Source: Actinomycetota bacterium (GTDB lineage Bacteria; Actinomycetota; AC-67). From it: a stretch of 64,000 nucleotides of DNA. The notes under the pieces are model-generated. The model was not told where the DNA came from. It made no database searches and saw nothing but the letters and a program-made list of their open reading frames with translations. Shown piece after piece: positions 47,366 to 57,430 of the stretch. Location of the stretch: assembly GCA_046565595.1 (NCBI GenBank), contig JBKHYG010000121.1, forward strand, positions 330 to 64,329, written 5' to 3'. Made by a program: the position numbers and the translations under genes. The stretch's first letter is position 1; each line of letters starts with the position of its first letter.

Positions 47366-48513
47366 TGCGGGTCGCGATCATCGTTCACTCCTACTACCTG
47401 CGAGACACCCGTCCTCGCCGTCACGCCGCCATCCTCTCTCGCGCCGGACACCAGGTCGAGGTCATCTGCGCGCGCGATGTCGACGAATCTGCCTCCGAGG
47501 AGATCGGGGGAGTGAAGATCCGCCGGCTACCTGCTAGACGCAAGCGCGGATCCAAGCTCCGATACATCTTCGAGTATCTCTCCTTCACGCTCATGGCTTC
47601 GCTGGCGCTGCTACGGAGAAGAGGCCGCTACGACGCGATCATCGTGCTCGGCATCCCGAACTTCCTGGTGGCTTCCACGCTCGTCCTGCGACCCCGCAAG
47701 CAGCAGCGTCCGAGGATCCTGCTCGACATGCGTGATCCATTGCCCGAGTTCTTCCAGGCCAAGTATCAGATGCCGGCTGGGTCCCTGGCGCATCGGCTCT
47801 TGCTCGCCGAGGAGCGTTTCTCTTGTCGCCTTGCCGACCAGATCCTGACGGTGGTCGGTTCGATGGCTCGGCTGTATGCGCGCAGTGTCGATCCATCCAA
47901 GATCAAGGTCGCGATGAACGCGCCCGACACGAGGCTCTTCAAGGTGACCGATGTCAGACGGGACCCCTCTGATCGGACCATGCTCTACACCGGCACGGTG
48001 GCAGAACGCTATGGCGTGGATCTGGCGGTTCATGCGGTCGCGCTCCTCAAGGCAGAGATCCCTGGTCTGCGCCTGCGGATCGTCGGGGATGGCGATCTCA
48101 TCGAGGACTGTCGCGCGAAGGCAACATCCCTGGGGGTATCCGACAGGGTCGAGTTCCTCGCCCCGGTGCCGCTGGATCAGGTGCCTGGGCTCATCGCGTC
48201 GGCTTGGATCGGGGTGCAGCCCAACCGTAGCGATGCGCTGATGGATCACAGCCTGTCGACCAAGATCCTCGAGTGGGCGAGCCTCAGGCTGCCCGTCGTG
48301 GCTGGTCGAACCGATGCACTCGAGGCGGTGTTCGGATCGGACTCGATCTGGCTGCACGAACCCGGCGATCTAGAGGACCTGTGCCGCTGTATCCGCGAGG
48401 TCCAGGCCGGCCAAGACACCGCTCGTCGCCTAGAGCTGGCGCAGCAGCGGGCCGAGGCGGTCGACTTCGAGTCACAGGCCAAGGTCCTCCTGGCGGCGGT
48501 CGAGGGGGCGTGA
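47365..48513 (+). CDS. glycosyltransferase family 4 (GT-B fold)
   Basis: GT4-like C-terminal domain. TGATG coupled to the polyprenyl synthase. Confidence 0.7.
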   Translation: MRVAIIVHSYYLRDTRPRRHAAILSRAGHQVEVICARDVDESASEEIGGVKIRRLPARRKRGSKLRYIFEYLSFTLMASLALLRRRGRYDAIIVLGIPNFLVASTLVLRPRKQQRPRILLDMRDPLPEFFQAKYQMPAGSLAHRLLLAEERFSCRLADQILTVVGSMARLYARSVDPSKIKVAMNAPDTRLFKVTDVRRDPSDRTMLYTGTVAERYGVDLAVHAVALLKAEIPGLRLRIVGDGDLIEDCRAKATSLGVSDRVEFLAPVPLDQVPGLIASAWIGVQPNRSDALMDHSLSTKILEWASLRLPVVAGRTDALEAVFGSDSIWLHEPGDLEDLCRCIREVQAGQDTARRLELAQQRAEAVDFESQAKVLLAAVEGA

Positions 48514-48580
48514 TGCTGCAGAAGAGCGTCATCGTCGTTGCTATCCTCGCCGCGGAGGCCGCCCAACGCAGGCGGGACCG

Positions 48581-49408
48581 ATGAGCACCAAGACCGACAG
48601 CGTCGTCATAGAGAACGACTCGAGACTCGCGTCCTATGGGGCCTACATCAACGAGATGTGGGAGCGCAAGGGGCTCGTCCGGGTGCTCGCCAGTCGCGAG
48701 TTGAAGTCGTCCTACGACATGAATGTCGTCGGCTTCATGTGGTGGCTGCTCGAGCCCCTCACCCTGACCGGGGTCTACTTCATCCTCTTCAGTGTGATCT
48801 TCAACAACCGCCGTGAGAACTATCTACTCGTTCTGCTCACGGCTCTGCTGCCCTTCAAGTGGTTCAACCAGACGATCGTCCAGTCCATGGGTACGGTCCG
48901 GTCGCACGCGAGCCTGATAACCGATGTGTACTTCCCGCGGGCTCTACTACCGATGACCGAGACCGTCATCGGGCTCGCGCATTTCTCGGTGGGTCTGTTG
49001 GTCGTTCCGGTGCTCATGATCATCATGGGTGTCCCGGCGACCTGGAACCTGCTCGCGCTGCCCGGGATCATGTTGGTTCAGTTGATCTTCGGCCTCGGCC
49101 TCGCCTATCCGATGTCGGTCCTCGGCTTGAACTACCGCAACCTGCCGAACCTCATGGGCAACATCCTGAGGCTGTGGTTCTATCTCTCTCCAGCGATCTG
49201 GAGCATCGAGAGGGTGCCCGAGAGGTACCACTGGCTGGTCAGTCTCAATCCCTTGAGCGGGCTCTTCCAGGGATATCACTCGGCGATCCTGGGTGATCCA
49301 TGGCGGGTCTGGGATCTGATGTGGACCCTCACGCTGGGCACCGTGCTGCTGATCGGCGGCACCTATTACTTCACGCGCCGAGAAGCGCAGTTCGGGAAGA
49401 TGTTGTGA
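48581..49408 (+). CDS. ABC-2 type polysaccharide/teichoic acid export permease (Wzm/TagG-like)
   Basis: 275 aa with six transmembrane helices in an ABC-2 exporter layout. Confidence 0.8.
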   Translation: MSTKTDSVVIENDSRLASYGAYINEMWERKGLVRVLASRELKSSYDMNVVGFMWWLLEPLTLTGVYFILFSVIFNNRRENYLLVLLTALLPFKWFNQTIVQSMGTVRSHASLITDVYFPRALLPMTETVIGLAHFSVGLLVVPVLMIIMGVPATWNLLALPGIMLVQLIFGLGLAYPMSVLGLNYRNLPNLMGNILRLWFYLSPAIWSIERVPERYHWLVSLNPLSGLFQGYHSAILGDPWRVWDLMWTLTLGTVLLIGGTYYFTRREAQFGKML

Positions 49409-50298
49409 GCAACGAGTTTGCGATCCAAGCGCGCGATGTCGGCGTCCGGTTCTTCATCCGCCATCACACCCCGACGGTCCACTCGGGCCTGGTGCGGTTC
49501 ATGAAGGGGAAGGTCAAGCCTGACGAGTTCTGGGCGTTGCGACACATCGACTTCGACATCCCGAGGGGGAGCGTCTTCGGATTCATCGGGGCGAACGGAT
49601 CTGGCAAGTCGACCATGCTGCGTACCATCGCGCGCATCTACCATCCCGACGAAGGATCCCTGAAGGTCCGTGGCAAGATCTCGAACCTGATCTCGCTGGG
49701 GGCAGGTTTCCAGAAGACGCTGTCTGGCATGGAGAACATCACCTTCAACGGCATGTTGCTCGGACTGTCGCGCCAAGAGATCGAGCGCAAGAAGGAAGCG
49801 ATCATAGAGTTCGCGGACATCGGGAAGTTCATCCACGCCCCCGTCCGAACCTATTCGAGCGGTATGCGAGCACGGCTGGGTTTCGCTATCGCGGTCCATG
49901 TCGATCCCGAGATCCTGGTCGTGGACGAGGTGTTGGTCGTCGGCGACGCGCAGTTCCGTCAGAAGTGTTCGGACAAGATCCGCGAGTTGTTCACCAACGG
50001 TGCGACGGTCGTCATGGTCCAGCACAACATGGATGTCATCGTCGACATGTGCCAGCAGGTCATGTGGCTGGACAAGGGCAAGGCCCGGATGCTCGGAGAC
50101 CCGGAGACCGTCGCCAACGAGTACCTCGCAAGCAAGGGCCTACCACCTCTCGAGCCAAAGGCCGCTGACGCCGCTGATCCAAAGGCCGCCGGCGGCGCTG
50201 GCCCTAGGGACGCGGGTGGCGCGGGCCCTAAGGACGCGGGTGGCGACGGTAACGCAACCGAGGGCGACGGCCCCAGGGTTCAGGCCAAGCGTTCGTAG
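49405..50298 (+). CDS. ABC transporter ATP-binding protein (Wzt/TagH-like) with a low-complexity C-terminal tail
   Basis: Walker A GANGSGKST, signature SSGMRARL, Walker B ILVVDE. GTG start overlaps the permease stop as GTGA. Confidence 0.8.
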   Translation: MSNEFAIQARDVGVRFFIRHHTPTVHSGLVRFMKGKVKPDEFWALRHIDFDIPRGSVFGFIGANGSGKSTMLRTIARIYHPDEGSLKVRGKISNLISLGAGFQKTLSGMENITFNGMLLGLSRQEIERKKEAIIEFADIGKFIHAPVRTYSSGMRARLGFAIAVHVDPEILVVDEVLVVGDAQFRQKCSDKIRELFTNGATVVMVQHNMDVIVDMCQQVMWLDKGKARMLGDPETVANEYLASKGLPPLEPKAADAADPKAAGGAGPRDAGGAGPKDAGGDGNATEGDGPRVQAKRS

Positions 50299-51494
50299 AC
50301 ACCCAGGAGTTCCTTCGCCTGGCCGTCCCAGGTGAAGTTGCCAGCCAGCTTCGAACTTCGCTCTTTCAGTGGCCCCAGGTCGGCACCGATCAATCGCGCC
50401 AGAGCCTGCTTCATGTCGCTCGCGTCGCCAGGCCTGAACACCTCACCCAGCTTCTCTCCGCGGACGATCCTCGCGATATCAGGCAGGTCCGATGCGCAGA
50501 TCGCGAGGCCGGCATGCATGTACTCGAAGAGCTTGTTCGGTGCGGCGAGCTCGTTGTTCAAACCCACCGGTTCGTAGCTGACGATCCCGATGTCCGCAGC
50601 CGCCGCGGCGTTCACTACCCCGTCGGGTTCCACCGAGCCTGCGAAGACCACACGGTCGCCGGCAGGTTGAGCGAGTTGACGGAGCTGGTCCTCGATCGGG
50701 CCCCAACCCAGCATCACCAGCCTGGCTCCGGTCAGATCAGCCATCGCCGATACGAGGGCCTCGAGTCCACGGTTCGGAGTGAAGCCTCCCGCATAGATGA
50801 GCAGCCGTTCGTCGCCTCGGCGAAGCTCGACGATCCGGGGATCGGGCTGGATCTGCGCGGGCGGATCGGGACAGTTCATGACCACCGTCGGCTCTGGGAT
50901 ACCGTAACGCTCGACGAGTATCTGTCCCCTGGCGGCTGTTGGCACGATCGTCGCCTGGGCGTGCGAGATGTACCTGGCTTCCACCGCTCGCCAAGCGCGC
51001 CGTTCGAGTTTCGTCAGGCCGGTGAGATCGGGATACAACTCATGAGCGTCGTACACCAGGTGCGCTCGCGAATGATTCGCGACGGCAGCGCCAGCGGCCA
51101 GGGTGTTCAGGTCGTGGGCATGCACCAGTTCCGGCATCGGCAATCGGCTGGCCGCGCGGACGAACGCCCTATCCAGCCAGAGATCCCTCGCCAGGATGCC
51201 GGTAGCGATCAGTCCGCGAGGCGGTCTGATCCCTATCCGGCTGTGGCCATCGGCTTCGCCCGCGCTCGAGGCAGATGCCCTTCCAGCCGTGCCCGTGATG
51301 GTGGGTCCCGCCCAACGACCCGTCCGGACTCCTCTCACCACTCGGATCCGATCTACCAGATCGTCCTTCGGAAGGTCTCCCGCTTGCAGGCAGAGGATCG
51401 TCACTTCATGGCCGGCTTGTATAGCGCTCCTTGCCTCCCGCAAGACGCGAGCGTCCCGGGTGAAGGGGTTGCGAAGCAGCATCAGGACGCGCAC
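50280..51494 (-). CDS. glycosyltransferase family 4
   Basis: 404 aa. GT-B fold with an EX7E-like C-terminal region. Confidence 0.7.
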   Translation of the reverse strand: MRVLMLLRNPFTRDARVLREARSAIQAGHEVTILCLQAGDLPKDDLVDRIRVVRGVRTGRWAGPTITGTAGRASASSAGEADGHSRIGIRPPRGLIATGILARDLWLDRAFVRAASRLPMPELVHAHDLNTLAAGAAVANHSRAHLVYDAHELYPDLTGLTKLERRAWRAVEARYISHAQATIVPTAARGQILVERYGIPEPTVVMNCPDPPAQIQPDPRIVELRRGDERLLIYAGGFTPNRGLEALVSAMADLTGARLVMLGWGPIEDQLRQLAQPAGDRVVFAGSVEPDGVVNAAAAADIGIVSYEPVGLNNELAAPNKLFEYMHAGLAICASDLPDIARIVRGEKLGEVFRPGDASDMKQALARLIGADLGPLKERSSKLAGNFTWDGQAKELLGVYERLA

Positions 51495-51532
51495 TCCTTC
51501 AGCCTACGCAGACCGGAGGCCCGCGAAGCCCG

Positions 51533-54500
51533 GTGATAGCCTCGCTGCATCTCATGACGGACGCCAACCCCGCCGACCTTGACGCCATCGGCGTCCTACG
51601 ACGCACCCGCGACACGCTAACTCTTCGAGCCGAGATCGAAGAGGCCCGTGCGCGCGCCGCCAACGAGCGGCTCCAGATGTTCGGCAAGAGCATCTGGGGA
51701 TTGCTGGGGATCATCTTGTCGGCTGGATGGAAGCGTCCCTGGAAGCTGCCGAAACTCTTCTATCTGCTAGCCCGTACGCGCTTCGCTGGCCCGAAGCGCC
51801 GCCGCGCCTTCTCCGAGGCACGGCGTTGCTTCGAGGATCGACGATACGAGGATGCGCTCGCGAGGTGTGACGAGATCCTTCGAGACAACCCCGCGGACCT
51901 TCCGGTGTTGCGCTTCAAGCGAGAGATCCTCGGCAAGATGGGTGACCTCTCAGGCATGCTCGCCACCGTTCGGCAGGCGCGCGCACTGGGCGAACTCGAG
52001 AGCCTGCGTCGGTCAGAACGCGTGCTCGAGAGCCGCCTGAAGGAACTCGATCCCACCTGGCTGCCGCCGATCCCGGGTCGTCCCGAGCGGTACGAGGCCG
52101 TTCCCGGCCGGGTCTTGCATCTGCTGAAGAACTCGATGCCCCAACACACCTCGGGGTACACCGCTCGTAGCCGTTACACGATGCTCGCCCAACGCGGCGC
52201 TGGGCTCGATCCGGTCGTGGTCACATCCTTGGGCCAGCCGAGGCTCGACGGGCTGACCGACTTCCCGCTCGTCGAGGCGGTCGATGGGATCGAACACCAC
52301 CGACTCGACCTCGGGGACCTGCCCTACCTGGGTCTGCCCCCTCACGAATATCTCGAGCTGTTCGCTTGGACCGCGGCCGAGAAGGTCCGGGCGTTGAAGC
52401 CGGCCGTCATCCACGCCCGCTCTGGCTTCCGCGGCTACGAGATACCGCTGGTCGGCTTGGCACTGTCGAGGCACTTCGGGATCCCTCTGGTCTACGAGGC
52501 TTCGATGTTCCTCGAGGGAACCTGGACCGACGATGTCGAGTGGATGGAGCGGGGCGAGCTCTATCGCTTACGCACCGAACAAGAGAACCGGTGCATGCGT
52601 GAGGCCGACCATGTCGTGACGATCGCCGAAAGCATGAAGCAAGAGATCGTGGGTCGCGGGATCCCCAGTGACCATGTCACGGTCATCCCGAACGGTGTCG
52701 ATCCAGAGAGGTTCCAACCCCGTCCCAAGGACCCTGAACTCCTGCGATCACTCGGCCTAGAGGATCGAGTGGTGCTCGGCTACATCTCTAACATCGGTTA
52801 CCGGGAAGGCCTCGACATCATGGTGCGAGGCCTGGCTGAACTGATCTCTCGCGGAGAGGATGTCGGCGGCCTGATCGTCGGAGACGGTCCGCAGTTACCC
52901 GCCCTGCGTGAACTCGCCGAGGAGTTAGGTATCACCGATCGTGTGGCGATCACGGGACCGGTCTCGCATGAGGTTGTCGCGGACTACTACGCGGCGATCG
53001 ACCTGTTCGTGATCCCTCGCCGCGATGAGCGCGCCGCGAGGCTCGTGACGCCGTTGAAGCCGTACGAGGCGATGGCTCTCGGCAAGCCGCTACTGGTTGC
53101 AGGTTTGCCGGCGCTCCTGGAGGTTGCGGAGCCGCCCCTCCGCGGAGCCGCGTTCACTCCGGAAGATCCGATCTCGATGGCGGACGCCGCCACGCCACTG
53201 ATCCGCGATCATGCCGAACGCGAACGCCTGGGGGAAGAGGCTAGACGCTGGGTCCTGTCCGAGAGGACCTGGGACAGGGTCGGTCCGATGTATAGGGATG
53301 TCTATGCGCGAGCATCCGAGGTGGCCGCTAGCCGGAGTACGCCGGTTGGCGATCCGGCGCCGGCGGCACTAGGAGAGGCGGAAGCCTTACGCGTCGAGAT
53401 CGAGCAACTCGGGACCCGGATCGCCAAGGCCCGTTCCAGGGCTGCGGCCACAGAAGAGAAGTATTGGAACGATCCGATGCGCAAGGTTCGAAAGGGGGTC
53501 CGCGAGGTCTTGAAGGCGTCCGGTCCGATCGGAAAACTGAAGCAGTTGGTGCGCGTGGCGAGACGGTGGAGAGCAGCCCGGCTGGAAACGCCTGACCGTT
53601 TCCCGCCGCAGAGGATCGTCGCGCGCAAGACGCAAGCCCTGCCGAGCCTCGCCTCGGAGGGAAGCGAAGGGTCTCTGCTCGAACTCGCCAGGACCGCTCT
53701 TGCCACGCTACCCAAGGGAGGCGACCGGCCTCCGGGCATCCTCTTGTACGCGCCACTGGTCCGCAACAACCCGTTCCAGGCTCTGCTGTACAGCGCATGT
53801 TGGGAGTCCGGGATCGCGCCGCTGCCGCTGACCGATCTGGATGTCGCTGACGAGGCCAAGGCGCTGCCTGGTCTCGGCGTCGAGACCTGGTTCCACATCC
53901 ACTGGACCGGTCAGGTGCTGCAAGGTGCGACATCCAAGTCGGACGCGGCCGAGAGACTGAAGGCCTTCACCGAACGGCTGGAGGGGCTCGTGCACGCGGG
54001 TGTGCGGATCGCTTACACGGTCCACAATGCCTTGCCTCACGAACACGAGTTCCCAGCTCTGGAAGCAGGCGTGGTCAAGGCGATCTTGGATCGCGCCAGC
54101 CTCGTTCACTGCCTGACCGAGGATGCCCCCGATCTGGTGAAGCCGACCATCGATCTGCCCTCAGACAAGATCGAGGTCATCCCTCATCCCTCGTACATCG
54201 GCGTCTACCCCGAGCATCTCTCCAAACTGCAGGCTCGTTTCGAACTCGGGCTCACAGACGATGATCTGGTCGTAGCCACGCTCGGAGGCATCCGGGCCTA
54301 TAAGGGCATCGGCCCGCTCCTGGAAGCCTTCGAACAAGCTGCCGAGCAAGAGCCACGCCTCCGTCTGATCGTCGCAGGCAAACCGATCGCTTTCCCAGAG
54401 GCCAAGGCGCTGCGCGGACGCTGCGAAGGCGATGATCGGATCATCTCCTTCTTCGGACGGGTCCCCGAGGATCAACTGCAGCGCTACGCGAAGGCCGCAG

Positions 54501-54793
54501 ACGCCATCGTGCTAGCCCACGATGCCGTGTTGAACTCTGGCGTACTGCCGCTGTCGCTGACCTTCGGCCGCCCTGTGATCGCTGCCAAGCGCGGGGCGCT
54601 TGAGCGGCTGGTGACCTCTGACATCGGGATCACCTACGACCCCGACGAGCCGGGTGGCCTGAAGCGCGCCCTCTTACAGGTTAAGGATCTGCGAGATCCG
54701 AACTACGAGGCGGCAGCTAGGAAGCGGGCGGAAGAGATCGCGCCCGACCGGATCGCTGCCTCGTTCGCGGAAGCCTTGCGCCGCCGCTACTGA
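51533..54793 (+). CDS. large multidomain glycosyltransferase: N-terminal amphipathic/TPR-like region, GT4 domain, coiled-coil spacer, second GT-B domain
   Basis: 1086 aa. First GT4 domain at ~aa 190-600. Predicted coiled coil at ~aa 600-680. Second GT-B domain at ~aa 700-1086. The true start may lie downstream of 51533, because only 38 bp separate it from the divergent gene. Confidence 0.6.
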   Translation: MIASLHLMTDANPADLDAIGVLRRTRDTLTLRAEIEEARARAANERLQMFGKSIWGLLGIILSAGWKRPWKLPKLFYLLARTRFAGPKRRRAFSEARRCFEDRRYEDALARCDEILRDNPADLPVLRFKREILGKMGDLSGMLATVRQARALGELESLRRSERVLESRLKELDPTWLPPIPGRPERYEAVPGRVLHLLKNSMPQHTSGYTARSRYTMLAQRGAGLDPVVVTSLGQPRLDGLTDFPLVEAVDGIEHHRLDLGDLPYLGLPPHEYLELFAWTAAEKVRALKPAVIHARSGFRGYEIPLVGLALSRHFGIPLVYEASMFLEGTWTDDVEWMERGELYRLRTEQENRCMREADHVVTIAESMKQEIVGRGIPSDHVTVIPNGVDPERFQPRPKDPELLRSLGLEDRVVLGYISNIGYREGLDIMVRGLAELISRGEDVGGLIVGDGPQLPALRELAEELGITDRVAITGPVSHEVVADYYAAIDLFVIPRRDERAARLVTPLKPYEAMALGKPLLVAGLPALLEVAEPPLRGAAFTPEDPISMADAATPLIRDHAERERLGEEARRWVLSERTWDRVGPMYRDVYARASEVAASRSTPVGDPAPAALGEAEALRVEIEQLGTRIAKARSRAAATEEKYWNDPMRKVRKGVREVLKASGPIGKLKQLVRVARRWRAARLETPDRFPPQRIVARKTQALPSLASEGSEGSLLELARTALATLPKGGDRPPGILLYAPLVRNNPFQALLYSACWESGIAPLPLTDLDVADEAKALPGLGVETWFHIHWTGQVLQGATSKSDAAERLKAFTERLEGLVHAGVRIAYTVHNALPHEHEFPALEAGVVKAILDRASLVHCLTEDAPDLVKPTIDLPSDKIEVIPHPSYIGVYPEHLSKLQARFELGLTDDDLVVATLGGIRAYKGIGPLLEAFEQAAEQEPRLRLIVAGKPIAFPEAKALRGRCEGDDRIISFFGRVPEDQLQRYAKAADAIVLAHDAVLNSGVLPLSLTFGRPVIAAKRGALERLVTSDIGITYDPDEPGGLKRALLQVKDLRDPNYEAAARKRAEEIAPDRIAASFAEALRRRY

Positions 54794-55905
54794 GCGGCAA
54801 GCGTCGTTGAGACGACCTCGGCGATCCGCTCACCGGCCCGGCCATCCCACAGCGGAGGCCGCTTGGGATCAGGTGATCGACCCGCGCGGATCGCATCTGC
54901 GCCTTCCTTGCGGATCGTCTCTGGGTCGGGGCCGATCAGACGGTTGGTCCCCATGGAGCAGGTGATCGGCCTCTCGGTGTTCCAACGCAGCGTCAGACAA
55001 GGCACGCCCAGGACCGTGGTCTCCTCTTGTATGCCTCCCGAGTCGGTGAGTACCACCCTCGCATCGGCCATCAACTTGAGGAAATCCAGATAGCCGACGG
55101 GTTCTATGACGCTGACCCGTCCGCTGACCACATGACCAGAGCGCAGATCGACCAGATGGTCCAAACCGAAGGACGCCATCATCTTCACCGTGCGCGGATG
55201 AGCCGGGAACAGGATGGGCACTTCGCGAGCAAGATCAGCAAGGGCTTCGAGGATGCCCTTCAGCGTCTCTGGATCATCGACATTGGACGGGCGATGCAGG
55301 GTCACGAGCCCGTAGGCGTGGGGATCAGCCCCCAGGTTGCTGACGATGTTCGAGGAGTTGGCACGATCCAGATGCCTGAGCAGCGAATCGATCATCGGGT
55401 TGCCTACGAAGTGCACCCGCTCCTTTGCGACACCCTCGGCGACGAGGTTGTCCAAGGCTTCCGGGGAGGTCGTGAACAGCAGATCCGAGATCTGGTCGGT
55501 GAGTACCCGGTTGATCTCTTCTGGCATCTCTCGGTCGAAGGAGCGTAAGCCTGCCTCGACATGTGCGATCGGCAGCCGCTCCTTGGCGCACACCAACGCG
55601 GCTGCGATCGTCGAGTTCACATCACCTACGACGATGGTCAGGTCGGGGCGATGCTCGAGTAGCACCGGCTCTATGGTCTCCATGATCCGGGCGGTCTGAT
55701 ACGCATGGCTCCCGCTGCCGACCTCTAGATGGTGATCTGGCTCGGGCAGATCCAGATCGTCGAAGAAGGCTTGAGACATCTTGTGGTCGTAATGCTGGCC
55801 CGTGTGAACCAGGATGTTGGAGGCGCCACGCTCCTTCAGGGCTCGAAGGACCGGAGCGACCTTCATGAAGTTCGGGCGTGCTCCGGCGACATGTAGAACC
55901 TTCAC
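54787..55905 (-). CDS. wecB: UDP-N-acetylglucosamine 2-epimerase (non-hydrolysing)
   Basis: N-terminus MKVLHVAGARPNFMK..HTGQHYD and overall WecB/MnaA architecture. Confidence 0.85.
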   Translation of the reverse strand: MKVLHVAGARPNFMKVAPVLRALKERGASNILVHTGQHYDHKMSQAFFDDLDLPEPDHHLEVGSGSHAYQTARIMETIEPVLLEHRPDLTIVVGDVNSTIAAALVCAKERLPIAHVEAGLRSFDREMPEEINRVLTDQISDLLFTTSPEALDNLVAEGVAKERVHFVGNPMIDSLLRHLDRANSSNIVSNLGADPHAYGLVTLHRPSNVDDPETLKGILEALADLAREVPILFPAHPRTVKMMASFGLDHLVDLRSGHVVSGRVSVIEPVGYLDFLKLMADARVVLTDSGGIQEETTVLGVPCLTLRWNTERPITCSMGTNRLIGPDPETIRKEGADAIRAGRSPDPKRPPLWDGRAGERIAEVVSTTLAAQ

Positions 55906-56001
55906 GATGCTTCGAGTACCTCCGATGGGCCTGCCTCGCCCTGCGCTAGTGTTCGAGCGAGTCTACGAGCCGCACGGTGCGGCCCGTCCCGGAGGCTGTA
56001 G

Positions 56002-57306
56002 GTGACCGTCGAAGCGCTCCTTTCCCGTCTAGAGAACTCCCAGAGCAAGGCTGCGGTGCTGGGCCTGGGCTATGTCGGCTTGCCTCTGGTGATCAGCCTC
56101 GCCCGCACCGGCGTGCCGGTGATCGGTTTCGATGTGAAGCCCGATGTCGCGAGCCGCCTGGGCAGAGGTGTCAGTCACATCGACGATGTCTCCGATGCCG
56201 ACCTCGCCGAGGTCTCCGCGCTGACCCGGTTCACCGCCGACATCCAAGACATCGAGGTTGCCGATGTCATCTTCATCTGCGTTCCGACCCCGCTCGCCGT
56301 CGGGAAGCAGCCGGATGTGTCCTACATAGAGCGCGCCGCCCACCTGATCGCGACGGTCATGAGGCCAGGCCAACTCGTGATCCTCGAGTCGACGACATAT
56401 CCCGGCACGACCGACGACGCCGTGCTACCGATCCTCGAAGGATCGGGCCTGAAACTCGATAAGGATTTCCTGCTCGCCTATTCGCCCGAGCGCGTGGATC
56501 CAGGCAACAGCTCGTTCCACACGATGAACATCCCGCGCGTCGTCGGTGGCGTGACACCCCTATCGACCCGGGCTGCAGAGCTCATCTACTCGAGGATCGT
56601 GCCGAAGATCTTCACCGTCAGCAGCGCGCGCACCGCCGAGATGGCCAAACTGCTCGAGAACACCTTCCGGTGGGTCAACATAGCTCTCGTCAACGAGTTG
56701 ACCTTCGTCGCGCGAGCGATCGGCGTCGACATCTACGAGGTCATCGACGCGGCGGCGACCAAGCCGTTCGGCTTCATGCCCTTCTATCCCGGCCCCGGTG
56801 TGGGCGGACACTGCATCCCACTCGACCCGTTCTACCTGCAGTGGGTGGCCAAGGTCACCGGCGAGGGGACGCGCTTCGTCGAACTTGCCGAGTCGGTCAA
56901 CTCCTCGATGCCGCGCGTGGTGGTCGACCGTGTGACGGAAGCTCTGAACGACAGGAGCAGATCGGTACGCGGCTCGAACATCCTGGTTCTGGGGGTCGCC
57001 TACAAGCCGGATGTGAGCGATCAGCGCGAGTCGCCTGCGGCCGCCTGCATCTTGAGGCTCCAGAAGCTCGGCGCGCGCGTCACATACTCAGATCCGCACG
57101 CACCCACCTACCGAGAGCACGGTGTCGATCTGGCCTCCGTCGAACTGAGCGAAGAGGCCATCCGGGGGGCGGACTGCGTCCTGGTGCTCACCGATCACTC
57201 GGCTTTCGACTACGACATGGTCCTGGCGACTGCAGACCTGATCGTCGATACCCGGAACGCCTTCGGTCGTCGTGGTCTACGCGACGACAAGATATCCACC
57301 CTGTAA
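56002..57306 (+). CDS. wecC: UDP-N-acetyl-D-mannosamine dehydrogenase / nucleotide-sugar dehydrogenase
   Basis: GTG start after a GGAGG Shine-Dalgarno. NAD-binding GLGYVGLPL and catalytic-Cys region GGHCIPLDP. Confidence 0.8.
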   Translation: MTVEALLSRLENSQSKAAVLGLGYVGLPLVISLARTGVPVIGFDVKPDVASRLGRGVSHIDDVSDADLAEVSALTRFTADIQDIEVADVIFICVPTPLAVGKQPDVSYIERAAHLIATVMRPGQLVILESTTYPGTTDDAVLPILEGSGLKLDKDFLLAYSPERVDPGNSSFHTMNIPRVVGGVTPLSTRAAELIYSRIVPKIFTVSSARTAEMAKLLENTFRWVNIALVNELTFVARAIGVDIYEVIDAAATKPFGFMPFYPGPGVGGHCIPLDPFYLQWVAKVTGEGTRFVELAESVNSSMPRVVVDRVTEALNDRSRSVRGSNILVLGVAYKPDVSDQRESPAAACILRLQKLGARVTYSDPHAPTYREHGVDLASVELSEEAIRGADCVLVLTDHSAFDYDMVLATADLIVDTRNAFGRRGLRDDKISTL

Positions 57307-57430
57307 CCGCACTATTTCGCCCCGCTTTGGGCTGATTCGTAGTGGTTGCGTATCCGGTGTGGTCCCTGTGAACTACCGGAGGTCCTTGACCTGCTTCCGC
57401 ATGTCCTTAAGCATCAGTCTCCCTCCCCGT

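Noticed and set aside
48542-48547. A third TATCCT hexamer upstream of the ABC permease gene
   Set aside because: It is a single hexamer without the GGG prefix seen at the other two sites. A 6-mer is too short to be meaningful alone.
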